Under the pieces are notes generated by a model, which was not told where the DNA came from, did not search any database, and saw only the letters and a list, made by a program, of their open reading frames with translations. Shown piece after piece: positions 27,591 to 39,745 of a stretch of DNA of 64,000 nt. The translations under genes were made by a program, and so were the position numbers. Source of the DNA: the human T2T-CHM13v2.0 reference genome, Homo sapiens. Within the stretch, counting starts at the first letter, position 1. The number at the start of each line of letters is the position of its first letter. The stretch is from assembly GCF_009914755.1 (NCBI RefSeq), contig NC_060929.1. One strand, given 5' to 3'.

Positions 27591-29720
27591 ATTCTGTAAA
27601 TCTCAACCCTTTAAATAAAAACTTAATCCATTTACTTTTTACTATGATAAGGAACAACTTTGTCATATAGCTATTTGCTTTTCTCATGTTGTATATGTTT
27701 TTGTTTCTCACTTTTTTCACCATTGCCTTATTTATTACCTGGTTAGGTTATTGTAGTCTGCTATTTTGACACCCTCCTTTTATTTTCTGTATATTTTTGT
27801 TATTATCTTAGTGATTATCTGGGGAAATACAGTTAACAACTTAAACATAAAAACATAGTTTGAATAATACCAACTAAGTTTCAATAGTATGCAGACATTT
27901 CATTCCTATACATCTCCATCTCTCCTCCTTTATACTGTTATTGTCATACACTGCATTTTTATACATACATCTATAATTATTATTTTCTGTATTTGACTTC
28001 AAATCATATAGAAAATTGAAAGTTACAAACCAAATGCACAGTAACACTTAATTTTATATTCATCTGCCTTTATGGACTTTCTTTACTTTTTTATATGACT
28101 TCAAGTCACTGTCCATTATCACTTCATTTCTGCTAGAAGACCTCCCTTTAGCATTTCTTGTAAAACAGATTTCCTACAAGATGACTTCTTAGCTGTTGTT
28201 TATCTGAGAAGTTCTTAATTTCTTAAAAACTTGTTATTTTTGTTTGCTATTTTTGGCACTTTAAATATGTCACCCCACTCCTTCTGACCTCCACAGTCTT
28301 CAATGATAAATCAACTGAAGAAAAATAATCTTGTTGAGAGTTCTTTCTACTTGTTGAGTAACTTCTCTCTTGCTGGGTTCAGATTCTCTCTTTGGCTTCA
28401 GCAATTGAACCACAATGAGTCAGTGTCAATCTTTTTGAGTTTCTCATGTTTGAAGTTATTGAGCTTTTTGAATGTGAATATTTGTGTCTTTCATCTAATT
28501 TAGGAAGTTTTTTTCCACTATTTCTTCATTTTTTTAACTTAATTCTTTATCTTTCTTTTCTGGAACTCTTATGATGTATATGTTAGTGCATTTGATAGTG
28601 CCTTACAAGTTCATTAGGTTCTGTTCATTTTTCTTAATTTTTTTTCAGCTCCTAAGGTTGTCATATTTTCAAGTTTCCTGATTTTTTTTCTACCTGCTCA
28701 GATTTGTCATTGAATCCCTCTAGTTAATTTTTATATTTTTTAAAAAAATTGGATACTGTACCTTCAGATGAGTTTCTATTTGCTTCCTCTTAATAATTTG
28801 TATTTTGGTTTATATTTCTTATTTGTTCATACATACTTCTTCAAATATTCTTTAGTTTTTTGTTGGTGGTTTTCTCTAGGACATTAAGAATATTTATAAC
28901 AGTTAACAATTTTGATTAGTAATTGTAAGAGTTGGTCTTCCTCATGGATAGTTTATGTCTTTCCAGTGAATGAGCCATATTTTCCTTTTTAATTGCATAT
29001 TTTATGTTTTTTTTAAACTAACAACTGGGAGTGTGGTGACTCTGGGAATTAGATTATTCCCTAATGAGGAATTGCTATTATCATTTGTTGGGGGTTGCAT
29101 TCTGCCATATGTATTGTGATTTTCCCACATGAATATTGTAAAATTTGTATTCCTTGTTATGTGTGGCCATTGAGGTTTCTGTTCCATTGTATCTTCAGTC
29201 AGCCTGTTATCTCATAGATACATGATTAAATATCTGGATCTGTAAGTTAATAAATGAATGTATCAATGAATTTATTAATTAATTAAAGAGTATGTATGTC
29301 TCTTTGAATCATACAATATTTTCTGCTAGGAAAGTTGCTGCCACCTGAATGGGCCAAAATGAAGGTATCAATTTCTTGGAAACCATCATATTGATCAGCA
29401 CACACAACAACAAACTTTTGAGGGACAGGATTTTACTTTACAACCTGATACTAGACACTCATTCTAGGAATATGGGCCACTATCCCAATAGCTAGAGCAA
29501 ATCTGATAAATAAGGAATGGTAGCTAGTTTGGACATCCTTTTCTTTTATAAAATTCAGGCAGTCTCTCCCTTTATTAAACACTTTCCTGATTAAGTGTCT
29601 GATCAGGTTGCAGAGTTCTAAAATGTTTTTTTTTAATTATTTGTTCAGGCTTAATTGTTGTTTGCATGGAGGGACCAAGTCCTGGAGCTTCCTATTCTGC
29701 CACTTTTTGTGATGTCACTG
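27590..29720 (-). mobile_element. Ancient L1M (MC/MD-type) 5'/ORF1 region
   Basis: ctccctttagcatttcttgtaa; ccccactccttctgacctccacagt; ggaagttttt..cactatttcttc; ttctgccactttttgtgatgtcact. Confidence 0.65.
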
Positions 29721-30221
29721 CATTTTAATTTTAATTTTAATTTGCATTTCTCTAATGACTAAAAAATGTTAAGTAACCTTTCATGTGATCATTGCCCAGT
29801 TACATGTCTTCTTTAGAGAAATATCTATTCAAATTAGGAACACATTCTATTTTATGGAATGAAATGTTGCCTAACTCTAGAATCACAAATAAAGCCAATT
29901 AATCAAGATCTGTTTACAAAAGCAACTTTTGTTCATTTTGGATTATTTGTCTTTTTGTTTGTAAGTTGTTGAGAATATATATATATATGTATATACTATA
30001 TATACATATTCTGAATATAAATACATATGTGTTTATTCTGAACAACTCAACTATAATATATATATATTCTGAACAGCTCTGACAATAAAATATTCTGCAA
30101 TATATTATGTTATATTATACACATAATACAATATATATTCTGAACAACTCAACAATAGAAATACAAATAGTCCAATTTAAAATGAATATATATATAATAT
30201 GTATATATATATATAGCCCTT

Positions 30222-30434
30222 ATTTCTTCTAAAAAATTGGGATGCATGTGCAGAAAGAGCAGGTTTGTTACATAACTACATGTGTGTCATGGTGGTTTGC
30301 TGCACCTGTTGACCTGTCCTCTGAGTTCCCTCCCCTCACCTCCCACCCCCAGCCCCCAACAGACCCTGGTATGTGTTGTTCCTCTCTCTATGTCCATGTG
30401 TTCTCAATGTTCAACTCCCTCTTATGAGTGAGAA
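30222..30434 (-). mobile_element. L1PA8A-like 3' end fragment
   Basis: tttcttctaaaaaattgggatgcatgtgcagaa..caggtttgttacata...tgcacctgttgacctgtcctctgagttccctcccc. Confidence 0.8.
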
Positions 30435-30930
30435 TTGTATATAACACAATATATGTATATATATTCTGAACACTTTTCCTTTGTTAGACATATGATCTGA
30501 AAATATTGTCTCCTAATTGTGGATTATCTTTTCATTTCCCTTATAGTGCCTTTGGAAACACAATATTTGTTATTTTGATGAAGCTAAATATGTCTCCATT
30601 TTCTTTTCTTTATTGTGTTTTAATATCGTATGAAATAAATCATATTGTAAAATGACATTATAAAGATTTGGACATATGTTTGCTAAGAATTTCATAGTTT
30701 TTGCTTTTACATTTTGGTATTTTAACCATTTTGAGGTATTTATTTTTTGTATACGACATAAGGTAGAGGTCCAATATCATTATTTGCATGTGGATAACTA
30801 GTTGTCTCAGCACTATTTGTTGAAAAGACTATTATTTCCCCATTGAATTGTCTTGACATCCTTATCAAAATCAATTAATCATAAATACATGAGTTTGTTT
30901 TTATTCTACAAATTCCATTCCATTGATCTC

Positions 30931-31311
30931 TGTATTAGTCTGTTCTCATGCTGTTAATAAATACATACCTGAGACTGAATAATTTATAAAGGAAAGAGGC
31001 TTAATTGACTCCCAGTTCAGCATGGCTTGGTAGGCCTCAGAAAATTTACAGTCATGGTGGAAGGGGAAGCAATCATGTTCCTCTTCACGAGGTAGCAGGA
31101 AGGAGAATGAGTGCCAGCCAAAGGGGTAAAGGCTCCTTATAAAACCGCCAGATCTTGTGAGAACTCACTCACTATCAGTGAAGACAGAGGCATGGGGGTA
31201 ACCACCCACATGATTCAATTACCTTCGCTAGGTCCTTCTCGTGACACATGGGGATTATGGGAACTACAATTCAAGATGAGATTTGGGTGAGGACACAGGC
31301 AAGCCATGTCA
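30931..31311 (-). mobile_element. THE1D-like solo LTR
   Basis: tgtattagtctgttctcatgctg...caattcaagatgagatttgggtgaggacacaggcaagccatgtca. Confidence 0.9.
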
Positions 31312-32271
31312 CTCTGTATGTCTATTCTTATGCTAGCCCATGCAACCTGGATTACTACAAGCTTTGCAGTCAGTTTTTAAATCATGAAGTTAGTCTTTCA
31401 TTTTATCTTTTTCAAGATCTTTTTGACAATTAGGGTCTCTTGCATTGAAATTCTGCATGAATTTTAGTATCAGAATAGAGGTTTCTGCAATAAAGTCATC
31501 TGGAATCTTGATAAAATTTGTGTTAAATCTGCAGATTAATTAAGGAAGACTGCCACCTTAACAGTACTATTTTCCAATGCTTGAACATGAAATGTTCTCA
31601 CATTTAGTTTGGTCTTTAATGTCTTTCAGTGATGTTTATAGTACTTGATGTAAAATATTGCCTTTCTCTTATTAAATTAATTTTTAAATATTTTTATTTG
31701 ATGCTATTATGAATAACATTTTCTTATTTTTTCTGATTGTTAATCACTAGTTTATATAAACACAATTTATTTTTATATATTAAATTGTATTCTGCAACTT
31801 TGTTGAACTCATTTAATAGCTTTAACAATTTTTTGCATGTATGCAGTTCTTAGGATTTTTTAATGTACAATACCATGTCATCCGCAACTAAATTGGAAAG
31901 GAAGAATTAGAATAAGCTCTATTCACATTTTATTTATATTATTTCCTAAATTTCCTGGCTAGAATAGTACAATGCTAGTTAGACATGATGAATACAGATA
32001 TTCTTGCCTTGCTACTCATCTGAGGGAAAACAAATTTAGTCTTTCACTACTAATTCTGATTTTAGCTATGTCTTTTTATTCCTTATTTTTTCTCTCTAAT
32101 ATCACTGGATAAAACTTACAAAATAATTTTGAATAGAAGTAATGAGAAAGGACATCTTTGCTTTGTTTCTGATTTTAAAAAGAAAGCATTTATTTATAAT
32201 TCCTCTAAATCACATAACGTAATATGTGAATTTGTTAAATTCTTGTTTATTAAAATAATTTTTGTCTTTTA

Positions 32272-32573
32272 GGCTGGGCACAGTGGCTCATGCCTGTAAT
32301 CCCAGCACTTTGGGAGGCCCAAGGAGGGTAGATCATGAGGTCAGAAGTTCGAGACCAGCCTGGCCAACATGATGAAACCTCGTCTCTACTAAAAATACAA
32401 AAAAATTAGCTGGGTGTGGTGGTGCGTGCCTGTAATTCCAACTACTTGGGAGGCTGAGGTGGGAGAACTGCTTGAATCTGGGAGGCAGAGGTTTCAGTGA
32501 GCTGAGATCACACTATTGCACTCCAGCCTGGGTGACAGAATGAGACTCTGCCTCAAAAAAAAAAAAAAAAAAA
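32272..32573 (+). mobile_element. AluS (Sg-like)
   Basis: Full dimer with an A tail. Approximate TSD aatttttgtctt. Confidence 0.95.
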
Positions 32574-32650
32574 GAATTTTTGTCTTCCTTTCTGTTAATA
32601 CTATTGTTTTACGTTAATCTATTTTAATATGCTGAAGCAGTCTAGTACAC

Positions 32651-32757
32651 TTGGATAAATATCACTTGGTTATGGAGTATAATTATTTTTGTTGCTCTGG
32701 ATTTGGATAAATATCACTTGGTTATGGAGTATAATTATTTTTGTTGTTGTTCTGGAT
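32651..32757. repeat. Tandem duplication, 2 x ~52 bp
   Basis: ttggataaatatcacttggttatggagtataattatttttgttg occurs at 32651 and 32703. Confidence 0.95.
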
Positions 32758-34959
32758 GTGATTTGCTAGTATTTTTTTTGAAAATTGTTACATTCATACT
32801 CATAAAGGGTATTCTCCACTTTCCTATTCTTGTTATGCATTTGTCTATGTCTAGTATCAGGGTAATACTGGCCTTATAGAATGAGATAGGGAAAGTGTTA
32901 TCGCCTCTTCTCTGTTTTGGAAGAGTTTGTTAACAATCAGGGTTAATTCATCCTAATGGTTTTGTTGAATTTTCCAGGAATCACCTTGTCTAAGGCCTTT
33001 TTTAAGGACAATAAAAAATTCAATCTCCTTACTTATGGAACTTTTATTTAGATTTTATGTTTTTGTTGAATTATTTCCTTTGATGTTAATCTATTTAGAC
33101 ATTTCTCTATTTTACCTAGATTATCTAATTTACTGGCATACATTTATCCATGGTTTTCCTTTGTAAAATTTTTTATTTCTGCAAAACTGGCAGTAACATT
33201 TTTCTCAGTCATAACTGATTATGCAGATTCAAATCTTCTTCCTTTTTATCTTGGTAAATTTATCTAAAGATCTGTTAATTTATTTAAACTTTCCTTCAAA
33301 ATACAAACATTAGTTTTGTTGAATTTATCTTTTTAATACATGTTTATGCTATTATCTATATAGGATTTATTATATTCTTTCTCGCTTTGCTATGGGTTTA
33401 GTTTGCTTTTTTTAGCTTCTAATTGGAAAACCTAGGTTATTAATTTAAGATTTCTATTTTTAACATAATATTTACAGTTACAGGTTTTTCATTGGCAATG
33501 CTTTATCAGCATCTGATAAAATTTGGTATATTGTGTTTTTCATTTTCATTCATCTCAAACTATTTTCTAATTTATTTTGTGATGTATTATTGTACCCAGT
33601 AATTATTCAGGAATATATTGTTTAATTTCTCAGCTTTTCTTCCATTATTGGAATAATCTATTTTGTATGATCTCAACTATTTGAAATTTATTGAGACTTG
33701 TTTTAAAACCTGACATAATCTATTCTGAGGAATGCTCTATGCACTTGAGATGAATATGTAATCTAGTGGTGTTGGGTGAGTGTTCTGTAGATATGTTAGA
33801 TCTAGTTGGTCCAAACTGGTGTTTCATTTCTTTATTAATCTTATTCCTATTCTATTATTGAAAATAAAGAATTGAAATGTCCTGTTATTGTTTTTAAATC
33901 ATCTATCTACCTTCAGTTTTATGAATTTCTATTTTATGTACTTTGAGGATCTAGTGATAGATACATATTTGTTTTTAATATTTATATATTTTAATGGATG
34001 TATTATTTTATTATTACAAAATATCTTTATAACAATTTCTGTACTAAAGTCTATTTTGTCTGAAATTAGCCAATCTTCTGGTAACTATTACATGGTATAT
34101 TCTTTGCCATCCTTTTCATTCTACTTACTTGTATTTTTATCTTTTAGAGTTAAAAAACTTTTAGAGTGTGTCTTCTGAAGGCAAAATACTGTTGGATTTT
34201 GTGTTTTCATCCATTCTGAAAGTTAAAATGACTGTAAATTTTAATCCATTAAATTTAATGTAATTACTATGAGGTAGATTTTATGTCTGCTAATTAATTT
34301 TCTATGTACTTTTGTTATTCTGTACTTTAATTACTACTTTTTTGTGCTAAATAAGTATTTTTCATGTGTACCACTTTCATTTACTTATTTCACTCACAAT
34401 ATTTTTGAAATATATTCTGACTGGTTGTCCTTATTCATAAAATTAATATCTTATAATTTCTTCATTTAATATCAACCTATCTTTGATAGTATACAAAATG
34501 TTGTTCCTCAGTATTTTCATTCCCTTCTTGTCCTTTGTGCTGTTACTGTTATAGAAATTACATCTTTATACACTGTATGCAAATCAACACAAATTTATAA
34601 ATGTTGCTTTTCACAATCAGTATTAAAATTCATATAGAAAAAAATAAGAGCCAGAAACACTACTTTTATACTGATATTTGTCTATATAGTTACCTTTGCT
34701 GAATCTCTTTTTGTCTTCATGCGGATTCACTTAGTTGTCTACTGCCATTCATTTCAGTTTGAAAACTTCCATTAGTATATTTTTCATAGATCAGATCTAC
34801 TAGTAACAAAATCGTCAGTTTTTGTTTATCTGGAAATCTCTAAATCTTTTCCTTTTTGATGGATAATTTTGCTGAATACAGAATTCTTATGTGCCGTCTT
34901 TCTCTTCTATTACTTTGACTATGTTGTCTCACTGCTTTCTGGCCTCTTCTTTGCTCTGA

Positions 34960-35298
34960 TTCAGTATTTTCTCACTGTAGTTTTTCCCCCTCACACCCTC
35001 CCACCTCCAGAGTTTATAAAGCTACTGAAGCTTTTTGTTTGTCCTGCAACAGTTGGGATTACCCACACATCTTCACTGATCTACTTGACCCTGAACTGAT
35101 GCTTTGTTTCATGGGAGAAAATAAAATTCGGGTGCAAGGGGTGTCAACATTTTCTCTTGTTTTAGCTTCTTATTTATACCATCACAGTAAGTGATTAAAA
35201 GCTTAACTCTTTCATTTTTGGCTTGTTGCTTTAATTGGCTACATAGACAAAACAGCTTAGCTTTCTCTCCCTCTCCCATCTCAGCTGAGCTCCTGATG
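34960..35298 (+). mobile_element. ERV LTR 3' portion (ERVL-type, family tentative); related to 52085-52748
   Basis: agtaagtgattaaaagcttaactctttcatttttggcttgtt...ctcagctgagctcctga is shared with the 52.6-kb copy. Confidence 0.65.
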
Positions 35299-35383
35299 AT
35301 ATTCTTTCTGTTTTTTTCTTTCTCTCTTTTTTCATTCCCCATTAAGTCTATATTAGTATTCTTCATGCTGTGCCATGTGTCTT

Positions 35384-35684
<301 letters not shown>

Positions 35685-36038
35685 TGTGCCATGTGTCTTA
35701 AAGGCTCTGTTCATTTTTCTTCATTATTTCTCTTTGTTTCTCAGACTATGTTATATTGATTAAGCTATCTTCAAGTTTATTACGTTCTTTAAGAAAAATT
35801 GGCTCTGAAGCCCTTCCAGTTAATTTTTCTTATCATAGATTATATATATCATATTTTCTTTTTATATATATAATATGTATATTTTCTTATCATAGATTGT
35901 ATATAATATATATTATAAATATTATATAATTTTTCTTATAGATTATCATAATTAAGATATCTTATCATAGAAGCTTTTCAGCTTCTGAATTTCTAGTTTT
36001 TTTTTCTCATTTATAACTTCCATCACTGTATTGGTATT

Positions 36039-36448
36039 TGATATGGTTTGAATGTGTCCCTCCACAAATATATGTGTTAGAAACTTAATCTCCAATGCAA
36101 CAGTATTGGAAGCTGTGACCTAAAGGGAGGCGTTTAGATCATGCAGCTTCTATCCTCACACATGGATTAATGCTGCTATAAAAATGGCTTGTGAAAGTAA
36201 CTTGCTCTCTTTTCCTCTTCTGCCACATGCAGAATGGTGGTTCTTCCCTCCAAAGGATGCTACATTTTAAGGGTTCATCTTAGAAGCAGACACTGCTCCC
36301 TCACCAGATGCCAAACTGCTAGCACTTTCATCTTGGAATTCCCCGGCTCCAGAACTGGGAAACATAAATTCATTTTGTTTGTGTGTGCTTTTTTAAATAA
36401 ATTACTCAGTCTCGAATATTCTGTTATAGAAGCACAAATGGACGGACA
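36039..36448 (+). mobile_element. MST (D-like) solo LTR
   Basis: tgatatggtttgaatgtgtccctcc...agcacaaatggacggaca. Perfect 5-bp TSD gtatt. Confidence 0.9.
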
Positions 36449-37418
36449 GTATTCTATATTTGCTAAACATTATTTTCATATTTTTCTTTAGAAGTATAGA
36501 CATGTTTTCCTTAGGTTCCTTGGATATATTTTTAATAACTGATTTTATCACTTTGGGATAGTTTTTATTTATTGCTTCTTTTCCTGTGTGTGGGATAAAC
36601 TTCCTTATTTCTTGGTATGTTTTGTATTTTTGAAAATCGATATACAAATAGTATAATGTGGCAATTCTGGAAATTAGATCTTCCCCACCCAGAGTTTGTT
36701 GTTGTTTGTGTGTTAGTGACCTTACTGATTTATGTAAAGTGTATATTCGTTTTGTGATTGTATTGCTACTGAAGATTCTGCTTAATTAACTTAGTGAATA
36801 GCTAATGATTTATAGTGATGGTCTTAAAAGTTTGTAGTTAATAAGGCTCTCATTTTTTGCCAAAGAATTGTCTGTGTGTATTGCAGCTTGCCTACAACCA
36901 TTAGCCAGGCCCTCAGACCTGGAGGTGTGCATGGCATTTAACTACTAAGAAATATGTTAAAGCAATTCAAAGCCCCCGTGGACATCTCACTCCCCAAGTT
37001 TTTGGTTTAATATATTTGTTAGCTTATGGTTTGCTCCAACTGTTACCCACTGCCACAGGCATCTATAATGTTAAATAATTGCTGCTTATTGCTTTCAACC
37101 AAAGCTCACCAGGAAAAATTATCTTAAACTTGATGAACTCTGAGTTAGGTCAAATAAAGACAATGGTTTTTAGTGGGTTTTTTCAAGGAATCATCAGATA
37201 GGTCAAAGATTGATAATTGAGAATGGGGCTTTGAGAAACCTCTTTCCCCTTATCATGCATAATGGCTGTGAGGCTACTGGTTTTCACTACGATTTCAGGT
37301 TGCTTGTTGTCTAGCCTAGCCCATATCATTCAGAGCTGAGAGAAGGGGATGGCAGTAGGGCAAGTGAAAATGCAACAACACTTGCTGCTTTTACTAAAGT
37401 TCATCTATTTGTTCTTCA

Positions 37419-37750
<332 letters not shown>

Positions 37751-38792
37751 AATAAATGCTTCCTGGAGGGCTGAAGGCCTTTGGCTAATTTCCAATGTTC
37801 TGAAAACTTTGAGTCTGACCATTTGTACCAGTGTTCCCATACTCTTTATTGAGAAGAGGATTAACAGAGGTCCTTATTCAATCATCTTGATGATAACAAT
37901 GTTTCATTAGTTTTTAGAACTGTTGAGTTAATTTGATAGTGTCTTGGTTAAAGTAAAGCTGGAATTTATAAATATTTAAATTCTTTGAAAAAATATGTTT
38001 TTCAAATGATACCTCAATATAAAACTCAGATTCCAGCTATATGTTTATACAAAAGTTTACTAAATTTTTAACTTTATAAAATGTTTGTTTAACATTGATT
38101 TTAAAAAAATAAATTCAGTTACTATTTTTAAAGCAATAATTATATTTTCCTAAATACAAAATCCTGCCAATATGAATTTTTGCTTTCTCTTAATGTCTGC
38201 ATTGCCTTACATAGTAATAATAGAATTTTGCTTTTGACCAGTAAATTAAACTATTTTTCATTCTTGGTACATTTTCAAAATTAATGCTATATCACTGTTA
38301 ATATCAACAATGCTCAACTTTTTCATAAATACGAAATTTTGAAAAACAACTGAAGCAACAATATTACATTATGTTACAGGGCTTATTATTTACTAAAACA
38401 ACTAAGTTGTGTGGTTTAGATTGCATCCAATGAACACACCCAACCAGACATTGCTTACATATCATTAGCAGGGGACTTCCTAATTTTTTATTTATGTGTT
38501 CATTTGCTCGTTTTCCCATGGGAAGTCACATAGTAGACTAACCTTCTAGTGCTCTAACCCTCATATTCTTTGTCTTAGCAAACAAAATTTTTTTTCACAA
38601 AATTGCATAAGACATGCTATTTTGACATCCATCCACATGCACCCGAATATAGTCACATAGTTGATATTTTTATATATTACTTTGCTTCTTTTTCTGAATC
38701 CTCTATGAGTCAATGTGTGTATCTTTTCCTTGTTTCTTTATGTCAGTTTGTCTTATTCTATGTGTGTCTTTGCTAGAGATTTTCATAGTCCA

Positions 38793-39177
38793 TGATATGG
38801 ATTGGGTCTTTGTCCCCACTCAAATCTCATCTGGAGTTGTGATCCTCAGTGTTGGAGGAGGGGCCTGGTGGGAGGTGACTGGATCTTGGGACTGGACTTC
38901 CTTCTTGCTGTTCTTGTGACAGTGTGTGAGTTCTCAAGAGATCTGGTTGTTTAAAAGTGTGTAGCACCTCCCTCTTTGCTCTCTCTTCCTCCTGCTCCAG
39001 CCACATAGGGCATACCAAATTCTCCTTGGCTTCTGCCATGTTTGTAAGTTTCCTGAGGCTTCCTCGGGCATGATTCATGTACAGCCTGCAGAATCATGAG
39101 CCAATTAAGCCTCCTTTCTGTATAAATTACCCAGTTTCAGGTAGTTCTTTACAGCAGTGTGAGAACGGACTAATACA
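38793..39177 (+). mobile_element. MSTA-like solo LTR inserted in the terminus of an MLT1A LTR
   Basis: tgatatggattgg...gagaacggactaataca. Perfect TSD gtcca (38788-38792, 39178-39182). Confidence 0.92.
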
Positions 39178-39386
39178 GTCCACTTGGGCTGCTATAACAA
39201 AATACCTTAGATTGGTGGTTGTGAAAAACAGAAATTTATTATTTACAATACTGGAGTCTAAGAAGTCCAAGAGTAAGGTGCTGGCAGATTCACTGTCTGA
39301 TGAGGATACATTTACTAGTTCATAGATAAAGTTTTCTGTCTGTTTCCTCACATAGAAGAAAGAATTAGCTAGCTCTTTGAGGTCTC

Positions 39387-39745
39387 TTTTTTATTTATTT
39401 ATTTTTATTATACTTTAAGTTTTAGGGTACATGTGCACAACATGCAGGTTAGTTACATATGTATACATGTGCCATGTTGGTGTGCTGCACCCAGTAACTC
39501 TTCATTTAACATTAGGTATATCTCCTAATGCTATCCCTCCCCCCTCCCCCACCCCACAACAGGCCCTGGTGTGTGATGTTCCCCTTCCTGAGTCCATGTG
39601 TTCTCATTGTTCAATTCCCACCTATGAATGAGAACATGCGGTGTTTGGTTTTTTGTCCTTGTGATAGTTTGCTGAGAATGATGGTTTCCAGCTTCATCCA
39701 TGTCCCTACAAAGGACATGAACTCATCAATTTTTATGGCTGCATA
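39387..39745 (-). mobile_element. L1PA3/4-like 3' end (~360 bp) flanked by a ~178-bp direct duplication
   Basis: ttattatactttaagttttagggtacatgtgcacaac...ttttatggctgcatag. Flanks 39214-39392 and 39746-39923 are near-identical. Confidence 0.95.

Noticed and set aside
32651-32757. Direct repeats considered as a CRISPR-like array
   Set aside because: Only two adjacent copies with no spacers, in primate DNA. It is a simple tandem duplication, and no CRISPR or other prokaryotic feature exists in the window.
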